The notes beneath the pieces are model-generated. The model was not told the DNA's origin. It searched no databases and saw only the letters and a list, made by a program, of their open reading frames with translations. From assembly GCF_004010195.1 (NCBI RefSeq), contig NC_057711.1:70663018-70727017 (forward strand): a DNA stretch of 64,000 bases. The letters are read 5' to 3'. Source of the stretch: Chiloscyllium plagiosum. Taxonomy: Eukaryota. Positions 26,291 to 38,585 of this stretch are shown here, in pieces. The translations under genes were made by a program, and so were the position numbers. Within the stretch, counting starts at the first letter, position 1. Every line of letters begins with the position of its first letter.

Positions 26291-27059
26291 TTATGCTTCC
26301 ATCTTCTTGTGTTTAAAGAATTGCTAGAACTATGTGAAGCAGAATTCCAAATCCATCTAATTTGGTATTGTACATTCGGCGGTGATTCAGTCAACAGATC
26401 ACGGCCTAGCTACAGAATAGAGAGACTTATGGACAGTAGTTGAAAAGTTGAAATTGGGGCCAGGCTTTGTAATTTTGCCTTGGTCTGCAGTATCTGATGT
26501 GACTGCTGTCTGATATTCTATGCTACATGAAACAAATATGTGAGGATAGTGTAGTTTAGCAAGTGGGAATATGAGACATTGGCTTGTAATTTGCAGTCAG
26601 CTGCAAATGATTGCCATCAGAGTAGTTTGATTGCTGTGGGAGATCGAGCAGTCTCTGTGCCAAGAACATTAACTCTCTCAATGTGTAATTGATTACGGTA
26701 CAGTTTAATGAGGATTCCTAGCATTAAACTACAGTGAGGGTACCAACATGTCCAAGCAGCCAATCTGATTCAAGTATTCTCACAGCAAACCAAGAAATGA
26801 AAAATACAAATTGCAAAATCACTTCTGAAGGATTTTACATGGTGTGGAACAAAAGTGGAGACGAACACACAGGGTTAGGAAAGAGGGTGGAATGTCATGA
26901 GTGAACTTCTCTAATTTATTCCAGAAATCTAGTAATCAGTCATGGTGGTGATATTTAGCAACACTGTTGCAAACTTAAAAATTATTTTCTCAGTGTCAAA
27001 TGAGTTCAGCAGTCATCAGTAGCAGTAACAATCACTCACTAGTGAATATGATTGTTCAT

Positions 27060-30000
27060 TTAGGAAGTTCTCTATTACTGGTTATGGGTTCTGTAGGTCC
27101 TTGAGTGGCTGATTAAACCCAAATATAGAGCTACACCTCCACTTACACATTTCACAGGGTGTTTGCAGGAGATGGAGGTGATCCTTGGTATTGAATTCAT
27201 TGTCATTTCTTTCTCCCTTTCCTTTTCCATAATACCTCTTACGAATGGGTGTTTTCAAAGACTTATGTCCCTGCCTGCAGCAGTTTCATCTAAGTCTATT
27301 TCTTCTGAACAAGGATCCCCAAGCGTTGACATCTATGTTGTATTTCTTGAGGGAAGCCTTCAGAGAGCCTTTGAAACACTTGCTTTATTCTCCTATGGTT
27401 AGAGTGCCTCCTGTGAGCTGGGCAAAGATGATTTGCTTTGGTTGTCAGAACTCAGACATCCTTAGCATGTGGCTGGTCCAGAGGAGTTGCTTTTGGATAA
27501 TAGTGGTCTCAATGCTGGTGCAGTTAGCTGCTTCAAGGATGTTGATGTTAGTATGTGCAGTAGTCCAAGTTTCGGAGCCATGTAGATGATTCGGAAGGAT
27601 GACTGCCTTATCTTGGATCTTGGTATCAACATAGATGTCAGGCTCATCCAAGAGTTTCATCTGTTGGTGTCCGAAGGCTGTGCTCACAGAATGGATGTGA
27701 TATTGAATCTTCTCATTGATATCAGCCTTAGATGTGACATAGCCCCCTTCGTTAGAAAAATGCTTCATGTTCTCTTGATCTTAATGGAAGAATGTACCAG
27801 AACATGACCTTGGACAGGTTGGAAAAGGATTTGTGTTGTCTTGAGGTTGAGGCGGAAGCCAGTTCTGTGTTATGTTTTCTCAAAGGCGTTAAGGCATGAA
27901 GATTCTCTTCTGATTGGGCAGAGATGTCACTGTCATTCACATTCTGAAGTTCCTCAAGTGAGGTCAGTGTGTTTACTGCTTGGATTTTAACTGTTGAAGT
28001 TGAAAAACTGTCTACAGAATGGAGAAAAATGTCCACACCACTGGAAAGCTTCGTATTGACAAGATGAAGAAAGGTCACAGTGAAGATAAATAAAAGAGTA
28101 AGGGTGATGACACATCCTTGCTTAATCTCAAAGGATTCTGTCATATTGCTGTCAATGAGGACTGTTGTAGATTTCTTTTTGTGGAGGATGTTGATGAATA
28201 TCATTGGATGGCCAGCTTTGACAGGACCTTCAATAACACTTCCTGATTAACTAAGTCAAAGGTGTTGCCAGATCAATGAAGGCCACATAGAAAGGTTGCT
28301 TTCGATCCTGGCATTTTCCTGGAGTTGCTGAGCAGTGAAAGTTCATTCCATGGCTTGATTGGAGAGACACTGGCTTTCAGGAAGGATTTCCGCAGAAACT
28401 GGGAGAATGTACTTAATGGGGATTTGGAGGATGGGCTTCCTGGCGATGCAGAGTAAGGAGTTTCCTCAGTGATTCCCACAGTCCACTTTGTCTTCTTGTT
28501 TAATGGCAGCAATGGCAGCATCCCTAAGATTGGCAAGGATTTCTTCTTTGTCCCGAATTTTCAGGAACAGTTGATGGAGATGATGCCTAAGCTCTGCTCC
28601 TTCAAGTTTGGAAATCTCCCCTAGAACCCTGTTTGCTCCTGCACCTTTTCTGTTCTTCATACGTCTTACGACATCTTCAATTTCTATCGCACCACTTGGG
28701 AGTTCTAGATTATCTTTGATAGGAAATTGGGGGTTTTCTATATTGATGATTGTATTGTGGTTTAGGAGTTCTTTGAAGTGCTCTCTGTTTTCTCTGTCAA
28801 AAAGATGCCTTCATTACTCTGCACTGGTTTGAGGCCAAGTGTGTTGGGTCCATATATCGCCTTGTGGCACTGAAGAAACTCTGGGCGCTATACTTGTCAA
28901 CAAGGAGTTGCAGCTCCTTATCTTTCTCAGTTCACCAAAGGTCTTCATTTCACCCATTCTTCTTCGTAACTCCCACCCTTGCTGTTTGAGGCGTACTCTT
29001 CTTTGCCTCACTGGTGGTGTGATTTTACTAGGCATGGAGAGCTTTCCTCTTATCTGTAAGATCTTGAATGATGTAATCATTCTCATTGAATCAGTTTCCT
29101 GGTCTTGTAGCTGATGGTTTCTCCGCACTTGAGTTGATGGCTGTCCAGCACTTTCGAGATTTCCACTCCATTGAAATGAACTCTTTGGAGATTATGATGA
29201 TGATATCGATGGAAGTTCATCAATCTGTTTAAGTCTTAAGGCAGCTCAATATTGAAGTTTTTTTTCCATATTCAGCTTCTTCTCATGGCATTTGATAGTT
29301 ATTGAGGAGGAGATCAGCCAGTGGTCTGTCTAGCACTTGTCTGCACTGGTCATTACTTTGGTAACGAGGACATCCTTTTGGTCCTGGGATTGAACAGTGT
29401 CATAGTTGAACACGTGCCTTGATCATGGATATCTCCAAAAAGTCTTGGATTTGTCTTTTTGGCGCAATAGTGTGTTGACCAGTTAGTGTTCTGCATATTT
29501 GGTAAGTAGGTGATTTTGGTGTTGCCATTCCCAACTCTTTCCTTTCCGGGTTGAACATCCTTCCCAGCCTTGGCATTGAAACACCCAAGGATGATGATTT
29601 TATCTTCCTTAGCAATGTTGCTGAGTATGGTGGCCAAGGCGGAGTAGAAACCTTTTTTTTTAAAGCGTCATTTGTGGCAACAAGAGTTGGAGCATTGGCA
29701 CTCATGATTGTTGCCTGCTGATTCTTGACATGTTGTTAATGGAGAGTCATGAAGCAATTGTTGATGCCAACAGGGAACTCTGAGTTGGTGAACAAGTTTG
29801 TTCTAGATAGCAAATCTAATTCCATAAGTCCTGGGTTGTTCCTCAGGATTTCCACTCCAGAAGAATATGTAACCACCATTGTCTTCCCTCAGCTGCCCTT
29901 CGCTTGCTCTTGGGAATTGCTGTCCTTCAGGAGACTCAATGTTCAAGTGCCTGAACTCATCGGCCAGTTCTTCATTCCGAAGGATTGTTTTGCTCATTAT

Positions 30001-30720
30001 CTGTGAGGATTTGTATGTACAATGTTTCGAGATTGAGTTTCCGAATGGTTTTCAGACGGCAGGTAGATGAGGCCACTGGATGCAGTTTTCTAGCCAGGTT
30101 GGTGATGAAACAGGCTATATTTAGGACACTTTTTCTAGCCCCTTCCCATACGAGGTGAGCAGAGTGAATCCTGATTAGGGCTGCTCAGACATGAGGAAAC
30201 TTGTTGAAACGCTGTCCGGTACTCATTCCAAAAACGGAATGACCAAGTCAAACTCCATCACCTATGTGCTGGTCTGCAGCAAGGGACTTCCCAATCTCTC
30301 AAATTTATACCCATCACTTCTCATCTATTGTTGCAAGACTTGTATTGTGTCTGTGGGGGTGTTGAAATCATCTCGGTAGATACCATTTATGTGACATCTT
30401 ATAATGTGGGAATGCTATTGCACATCAGCAGACACATGGACCGTGACAAAAGGTAGATCCAGTTCCTATGACAACTGGGGATCCTCCTTCCACTGCAGAT
30501 GTCATTCGCTATCACAGCTATTGAGATCAGATGAACATCTTCCACCTGGATTGCCAATGAGGACATGATTTGGACTGTGCTTTGTCTGGTTCTTCCCCTC
30601 TAATCTTATCATCATGGGTTGCCCTGCTGGGAGTTCAGAACTCCTGACGACATCACTGTTGGGATCAGTGGAATACTCAAGCTTGTCCACTACAGCAAGG
30701 TGGCAGTCCACCAGGAAAAA
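27060..30720 (-). mobile_element. Near full-length decayed RTE-clade LINE (APE endonuclease plus RT)
   Basis: Remnants SANAPTL, DKIIILGCFNAKAG, LRDAAIAAIK..DKVDCGNH, IKQGCVI...LLFIF and KAVILPNHLHGSETWT, which are RTE/BovB-type motifs. Confidence 0.85.
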
Positions 30721-31727
30721 AGTTCAGTGGTATGACTACTCAGCCTGCTGTTAAAAGCTCAGTTATATTGTATTGAACGTAGTGTAACTTCTGATGTTTC
30801 CCACAATGATTTGCAAATAAATATGGGGAAGTCCTTGCCAATCGTTTCACTGGTTGCCAGTTTGTGAGTTGTGGGTTTCCACAGTGCAGCATGATTGGAG
30901 AAAAAAATAACTTCAGGATTTCTGTTTTAATCTGTGCTTGTGCTGAACTTTGAAGATGCAGTCAGATTTAGAGTAATATTAATGAACTCCAGCCGCTCAC
31001 TATCAAAAGTGCCACAAATTCTGGGCCATTCTTAATTTTAGGAATTAAATTTGATTTTTTTTAACTTTCGGCTGGCTCAATAATTTTTATGTATGGATCT
31101 CTGCTGAAATAATCCTAAACACTTGACATTATAAGTTACTTAATGATATTTAGTGGCTGTATTCTTGGATAGGTTAATGCAGCAACCACTCCAAACTGAC
31201 ATATGCTCTGTAAACTAAATCAATTAAGTCATGCTTGTATTTGATAGGACCTTGATTTTGGTGTTTTTTTTAAACATTTATTTGTGGCATTGTGGGCATC
31301 TTAATATCTATTGACGATTTCTTTATATTCTTACCATTTTTACTTATATTGCTACCATGTCTGCTTTTTCAGCTTGCTTGGCAATGCAGTTTTACCATTG
31401 CATGCTAGGTAGTTAACTGGTTTGTCTTTTTGCATTTTGTTTTCTCTCCCTGTTATCATTGGGAGCAGATTGAGTTTAACCCTTGCCTTTCATATTTGCA
31501 TGCCATGTATTAGTAATAAGTCACTACTGACTTCATAATATCAAGACAGTCCTTGCACTGTGTATATTTTTTAATGGCATTGCATTTTGGTACAACAAAC
31601 AAAGATACAGCTTATACAATTAATGGTAGGGCTTTGGGTAGTATTGTAGAACAGGATGGACCTAGGGGATTCAGATATGCAATTCTTTGAAGTTTGCATC
31701 ACATATAGACAGAGTGGTTAAAAAGGC

Positions 31728-31940
31728 TAGGAGAAAGTGAGGACTGCAGATGCTGGAGATCAGAGTAAAGATGTGTTGTTGGAAAAGCACAGCAGGTCAG
31801 GCAGTATCCGAGGAGCAGAAGAATCGACATTTCAAGCATCAGCCCTTCATCAGGAATCCTGATGAAGGGCTTATGCCCAAAATGTCGATTTTTCTGCTCC
31901 TCTGATCTGTTGTGCTTTTCCAGCTACACACTTGTGACTG
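31728..31940. mobile_element. Palindromic PLE-terminus insertion
   Basis: Head-to-head inverted repeat centred on caggaatcctg (about 31856). Imperfect TSD gtggttaaaaaggc (31714-31727) / gtggttagataggc (31940-31953). Confidence 0.8.
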
Positions 31941-32125
31941 TGGTTAGATAGGCATTTGGCACATTTGCCTTCATTGCTCAGTCCTTTGAATATAGGAGTT
32001 GGGAAGTCATGTTGAGGTTGTACAGGACATTGGTGAGGCCTCTTCTGGAATTCTGCATTCAGTTCTGGGAGCCCAATTATAGGAAGGATATTAAGCTAGA
32101 GAGGGTTCAGAAGAGATTTGCCAGG

Positions 32126-32502
32126 ATATTGCGAGGTATGAAGGTTTGATTTATAAAGAGAGGCTGGGTGGGTTGGGTCTTTTTTTAAGTCAAGATTAGA
32201 GTGGCGCTGGAAAAGCACAGCAGGTCAGGCAGCATCCGAGGAACAGGGCGAATCAACGTTTTGGGCAAAAGCCCTTCATCAGGAATTCCTGATGAAAGAC
32301 TTTTGCCCGAAACGTCGATATTTCCTGCTCCTCGGATGCTGCCTGACCTGCTGTGCTTTTCCAGCGCCATTCTAATCTTGATTTTTAAAAAAGACCCAAC
32401 CTACCCAGCCTCTCTTTATAAATCAAACCTTCATACCTCGCAATATTCTCGCAGTCTAATCTTGACTGATCTCCACCATCTGCAGTACCCACTTCCGCCT
32501 AG
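32126..32502. repeat. About 320-bp near-perfect palindrome made of PLE terminus plus an inverted copy of the flank, followed by the PLE 3' end
   Basis: Centre aggaattcct at 32281-32290. The mirror-image ORFs 32185-32370(-) and 32201-32536(+) reflect the palindrome. Confidence 0.9.
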
Positions 32503-33779
32503 TGGGTGTTTTTTAAGTGGAGTGTCAAGAGTTTGAGAGGCGACGTCATTGAAATTTATAAAATATTGAGGGGTTGTGCTAGAGTCAGTGGTAAGCATCT
32601 TTTCCCTTGGCTGGAGGATTTCAAGACTAGGGGACACATTTTTAAGGTGAGAGAAGAGAGGTTTAAAAAAGATATGTGGGGCATTTATTTTTATGCAGAG
32701 GGTGGTTCATAAGTGGAGTGAACTTCCTGAAGAAGTGTTAGATGTGAGTACAATTTAAAAGACATTTGGATAAGTACATGAATAGGAAAGGTTTGGTGGT
32801 ATAGGGGCCAGGAGCAGGCAGGTGGGACGAGTTCAGTTTGGGATTATGTTCGGCATGGATTGGTTGGATGGAAGGGTCTGTTTCTGTACTGTATGACTCT
32901 ATGGCAATGCAAGCAGTTCTACATTGTCAAATATATTGCCTATCTGTGTTGAAAGGAATTGATAGCTGCAATTTGAATTCTACAATTGCAAACTGGGGTC
33001 TTTGAGTCTAACAACATTGATTCTGTCATTTCCAGTATGAAATTTTTTATCTTTTTCAAATTTGACTTTCATACTATCAATGTAAATTCATAATTACTGA
33101 TAACGTCAGTACCACAAAAAGTCTGAATATTACATAAACAAACAATGAACATTTAAAAGCTGTGTTTAGGTTTGTCACTTACTTCATCCGTGATGGTCAA
33201 TTTGCCATAACATGTCTGGAATCCTGTTGATGGGTTTCGAGCCTGGAAGGGCATAGTTAATATGCTTTACCGTAATTAAGTGCACAATTCCTTACCACCT
33301 AGTGGAATTTCCGAGTGCAGGATTGATGTGTCTTGACAAATGTAAAATATCTCGTGAGTCATTATTTTCAGTTCTTTACCAACCAGTCCTCTTTACACCC
33401 ACACAACCTACTTTGATTTAATACTACTGATAAGATTTCCTCTGAAAGTACCTGTTACATTTCAGTGAATTCTAATTATGCCTCTTCAGCCATGACAGGT
33501 AATTTACCTGTCACTTCCTTTTGATATGTTGAGTGTCAGTTGTCGACGGGATAGTAATATAATGAATTTTGGTATCTGAAGGTCTGAAAGGGTTTGTATT
33601 ATGAAAAGGCACATATATTGTTTAAATCCATTGAGCAACCACTGAAGAATGTTATACAGTAAGAGTGTTATAGCTTAATAACCTATACAGTAAAATTGCA
33701 GATGCTGAGAAGTTAGATATCACAAAGTTTATATAGCCTTTTAAAGAGTTGGGGAGGTCGCTCAATGAAGCCCAATTCT

Positions 33780-34065
33780 GTTTTGTTTTATTCACCAGTG
33801 AGATATGAGCATTGCAGTCTGGGCCAGCATTTATTGCCTGTCCTTAGTTGCTGTTGAGAAGATGGTGGTGAGCTGTAGGTAGATCCACAATGTTGTTAGG
33901 GGGTTGTTCCAGGATTTTGATCAAACACTGAAGGAACAGTGATATATATTTCCAGCTCAAGATGGTGAGTAACTTGGAGGGGAACTTGCAGATCGTGGTG
34001 TTCCTGTGTATCTGCTGCCTTCATCCTTCCGGTGGTAGTGGTTGTGAGTTTGGAAGGTGCTGTCA
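33780..34065 (-). mobile_element. CR1/L2-type LINE 3' end
   Basis: Homologous to 560-810 and 8340-8650. Confidence 0.65.
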
Positions 34066-34436
34066 AATTCTAATTGGATGTCTGTGATAACTTCCCTAAG
34101 TCTTGAAGTGTCACCAGCTGTAAAAACTAGTTTTAATGAGAACTAATATTAGGATTTGACCAATCAGTCAAATGACTAGGATTTTAAGTACAGGTATTAT
34201 AATAAAAAAATGAGATTATTAAAAATCGTTATGAGTTCCCAGTGCGTGAATGTTAGTATTACACTAGTTATGCATCATTCTTAACTTGTCTGATTTTAAT
34301 TTTTGTGGAGTTTTTTTGTAAAGCTTTAAGTGTTTTAAGTTTGTTTTAATCTTCCCACAGCATGGTTTTTAATGAGTTGTTGGGATTTTTTTTCCTTCCT
34401 GTTCCATGCATGCTTTATAAAATATAAAATCTGCAG

Positions 34437-34532
34437 TCAGCAGACCACAGGGGAGCTTGGGACACTCAGCAGACCAATCCCCATCACTTGAGAGCTCACC
34501 TGGCAGCTGACAGACATGGTGGTTCTGTACAG
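34437..34532 (+). CDS. CSNK1G3: CK1 gamma 3 cassette exon SADHRGAWDTQQTNPHHLRAHLAADRHGGSVQ, 96 nt
   Basis: Near-identical to the recalled human CSNK1G3 SADHRAAWDSQQANPHHLRAHLAADRHGGSVQ, which identifies the gamma-3 paralogue. Acceptor ctgcag, donor CAG|gtattt. Confidence 0.94.
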
Positions 34533-35775
34533 GTATTTCCTGCTTCTTCTGCTTCTTTCCCTCTCCTTCTGCATGTTTGTATGACGAGGAATGTTGCATC
34601 CTTCTATACTTGCACCAAAAGATTTTTCTGTAAATATCTGTTTATTTGTACGTAGCATGTATAATGTTGATGCCTTTCAAAAAGCCCTAATAACCTTACT
34701 TGCTTCGTCCTGGCATTTAAAAATCAAGTTAGAAAATGGACCTTTGTTCAACCAGTCTAAAAAGCTTTTTAACCCTGTTTCTGTAAAGGTCATAACAGCA
34801 GTGTTAATTTGTCTGTTTAAATTTATGTGAAGATATGTGTCTCTGAAATAATCACACATCAGGGTGTTTAGAGATGTTTACAGTCTCTTTTAACCAATGT
34901 AACCTGCTCAAATGTACCGCACCAGATATTATTAATTTGGCATTGATTTGTTTTTATAATACTATGGAAAGAGAATTTAATTTTGAATGTTATTAAACTA
35001 GATGAATTGGAGGATTCAATGATGTAGTTAGGTTCAGTTCTAATTATCCAGTTGACAACTATCATTTTGCACATATGCTATAGACCAGTGCTTCCTACTG
35101 TTTAACCAATTATAATCCTATTTCAACACCCAAGACTTCATGTGACCCTGCAATGAAAACTTGGGGTATCGAGAAACCTGCTGAGTGAGATTTGGAGATG
35201 AGCTTCAGACAGTTTGTGCAATCACTTTATACAACAATCTCAAGTATAATTTGAGATATTGTAAAATCTAAATTGTAAATTGGACTTGTGCATAATTAGC
35301 ACTTAAAAGTTATCTTTTTATATTTATCAATGATTCCTAGCTACATAAAATGTACATTTCGATTTCTGTGTGTACAGGACATTTAACATGCATTCCCACA
35401 AATTTTCATCAATCAAGATTTTATGCAAGTGAGCTCGGTAGAATTTGTTATATCAATTCAGTCTGGAGTCAGTGTTTTTCCTTATCTCCCATACAAAGTA
35501 TTATGGCTCATTGAATTTTTAATGAGTATATGGCTGTATGTCCAAATCTCAAAGTGAGACTAAATTGCACAGATTTACAGAAGGGTAACAAGTTTGTTGC
35601 ATTTATCTTAATAAGCAGGGTAGGGTTTATGTTGCTTTGGCATTGACCACTAGTTGGAGGAGTTGGAAAGAAAAAGACAAACTTTTCATAATTTTTTTTA
35701 AAGCAGTTGGGCCTCAGAACTGTCAGAAATCAATCCAAGCTCCGTAGCAGTCATTGTTGCCTCAGAGCTCAAAAT

Positions 35776-35991
35776 AGGAGAAAGTGAGGACTGCAGATGC
35801 TGGAGATCAGAGCTGAAAATGTGTTGCTGGAAAAGCGCAGCAGGTCAGGCAGCATCCAAGGAGCAGGAGAATCGACGTTTCGGGCATAAGCCCTTCTTCA
35901 GGCTGAAGAAGGGCTCATGCCCGAAACGTCGATTCTCCTGCTCCTTGGATGCTGCCTGACCTGCTGCGCTTTTCCAGCAACACATTTTCAG
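35776..35991. mobile_element. Young palindromic PLE-terminus insertion
   Basis: About 90-bp near-perfect inverted arms centred at about 35901. TSD ctcagagctcaaaat (35761-35775) / ctcagagcacaaaat (35992-36006). Confidence 0.88.
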
Positions 35992-37494
35992 CTCAGAGCA
36001 CAAAATCCCAAATGTCTTGCAACCTGACTGATGATTGGGCCTCAGATTTTGGAAAGCCATGCTTTTGACAGAATTCAAGATGTCAGAAATAAAGCAGAGG
36101 TTGCATGGTGCAAAATATTTAACTGTGATCTGAAATAGAATGGAAAGGTATCTCCTCATGCTGGATGACTTCAAGAAGTTGAGATGCCATACCTATTGTG
36201 AAGGCCATGAACTGGCACATAACAAGGAGTTGCCACCCTAAGCTCATATAGAAACAAAGTGCAGGCTATGGGGCAAAGACAGGAGAATGGAACTGTCATG
36301 TTTCTCGTTTGGAGAGCCAATGCAGATATGATGGGATGAATGCCCTCCTTCTGTATCACTTCTGTAACACTTCTATGATTCTGTGATCATGTTGATTATA
36401 TGGTAGCAATATCAGAAACAGAAAGAAAACTTGGAATTTTCCGAAATCTTACCTCTCCACATTGCCATGCACTTGTCTAAATTTTCAGTAACAGTCTCCC
36501 TTTTCACACTTCTGTTGAAACCTCCCTGTATAAACCTGTCATCTAATTTACTGTCCTGTCTGGGAGACATTTGTGACCCTTTTGCTTGGAGCATTCAATT
36601 CCAGAGCTGAGAAATTATGATTGTGTGGAGAGAATAAAGCTCAGACCAGATGAGATAATCTTCTTAATTAAACAGTATCTAGAAAATTAAATTGTGGTCA
36701 ACTCTATCTGTGACATGGCAACTCCAGGAAAGTTAAACTGTCCCGGTTGGCTTCGTTCACAGGAAGTGTGTACAGCTGCAGCTCTTAATGGATTGCTTGG
36801 ATCAACTGAAGCATTCAATGGACACAATTAGGAACATGCCCAGGAGGCCGAAAGGGTCATAGACAACAGGAGTTTCAGGGAGCTGGCCTCACCCAATGTT
36901 GATACAGATAAAGGAGTGATGGTTGCAAGTAGCTGTCAGTCAGTGCACGATTCTCCTGTGGCAGTCCTCCTCTCAAACAGGTATACCATTTTAAGTACTG
37001 TTCGGAGGACCGCCTACCAGGAGATAACAATGGCAGTGTCCAGAATAGTGGTATGGCAACTGGCTCTGTTGTACACCAGTGTAGTTCAAAGTGCAGGCAA
37101 GCAGTGGTAATCAGGTATTCCATAATTAGAGCACAGACAGGTGTTTCTGCAGCCATAAATGAGACTCCAGGCTGATGGGTGGCCTCACTGGTGCCAGTGT
37201 CAAGGATGCCTCCGAACATGCTCAGGACATACTGAATGGAGAGGATGAATAGCCAGAGGTTGAGTTTCACATTGGTACCAATGACAGAGGAAGGAAGAGT
37301 GATTAGGTCCTGCAAGAAGAGTTCAGGGAACTGGACTGTAAGTTGAATGGCAGGACCTCCAGGGTTGTAATCTTTGGATTACTCGCTGTGCCATGTGGTC
37401 GTGAGGCAAGGAAGAGGAAGATAATACAGCTTAACATGAGGTTAAAGAGCTGGTGCAGGAGGGAGGGTTTCAGACTTTTGGGTCATTAGGATAA

Positions 37495-38585
37495 GATTAC
37501 AAAACAATCTTGATCGATTGGGTGAATGGGCTGAGGAGTGGCAGATGGAGTTTAATTTAGATAAATGTGAGGTATTGCATTTTGGGAAAGCAAACAAGGG
37601 CAGGACTCCCCAACCCTATTACTTTACATTTCCCCTGACTAATGCAAATAACCTATACATTCCTGAACACTATGGACAATTTAGCATAGCCAATTCACCT
37701 AACCTGCATATCTTTGGACTGTGGGAGGAAACCGGAACACCTGGAGGAAACTCGAGCAGACACGGGAGGATGTGCAAACTCCACACAGACAATTGTCTGA
37801 GGCCGGAATCGAGCCCGGGTCCTTGGCGCTGTGAGGCAGCAGTGCTAACCACTGAGTCACTGTGCCACTAGTATTGTAGAATAGAGAGATATATGGTAGT
37901 TCACGTACATACTTCTTTGAAGTTTCCTTCACATATAAATAGGGTGTTTAAAAAGGTGTTTAGCACGCTTGCCTTCATTTCTCAGACCTTTTGAGTATAA
38001 GAGTTGGGATACCATGTTAAGGTTGTATAGAACGTTGGTAAGGCCTCTTCTGGAGTACTGTGTGCAGTTCTGGTTGCCCTGCTAAATGAAGGATATTATT
38101 AAATTGGAGATGGTTTAGAAAAGATTTACCAGAATGTTGGCAGGAATGGAGGGTATGAGTTATAAGCAAAGATTGGATAGGTTGGGCCTTTTTCACTGGA
38201 ATTTAGACGATTGAGGGGTGATCTTATAGAGATTTATAAAATCCATGAGCAAATAAATAAAGTGAATAGCAAAGTTCTTTTCCCCAGAATGCGGGAGTTC
38301 AATATTAGGGGGCATATTTTGAAGGCGAGAGGAGAAAGTTTTGAAAAGGACATGAGGGGGCGATGCTTTTACACATGGGGTCATTCATTTGTAAAATAAA
38401 CCACCAGAGAAACTGATGGATGCAGGTACAGTTACAAGATTTAAAAGACATTTGGTTTAGTACATGAATAGGAAAGGATATTGGCCAAATGCAGGCAACT
38501 GTGACTAGGTTAGTTTGGGAACATGGTCGGTGTGGACTTGTTGAACCGAAGGGTCTGTTTCCATGCTGTTTATGTCTATGACTCT
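37495..38585 (+). mobile_element. Younger CR1 3' fragment nested in the older CR1
   Basis: WQMEFNLDKCEVLHFG and RGDLIEIYKI motifs, with a tctatgactct tail. Confidence 0.85.
37607..37868 (-). mobile_element. HE1-like V-SINE nested in CR1
   Basis: Homologous to 4995-5315. Confidence 0.88.

Larger units (their letters stand above)
31575..32905 (+). mobile_element. CR1 3' fragment carrying two palindromic PLE-terminus insertions
   Basis: LRGDVIEIYKIL and TRGHIFKVR motifs plus a CR1 tail. Insertions at 31728-31940 and about 32188-32500. Confidence 0.88.

Noticed and set aside
26391..26420. cag|TCAACAGATCACGGC... reads STDHGLATE*, resembling the start of the SADHRG exon
   Set aside because: There is no polypyrimidine tract and the similarity covers only about 4 codons, so it is probably chance.
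32185..32536. Pair of near-identical opposite-strand ORFs (MALEKHSRSGSIRG...)
   Set aside because: Artefact of the palindromic repeat. The same peptide recurs wherever the PLE terminus occurs.
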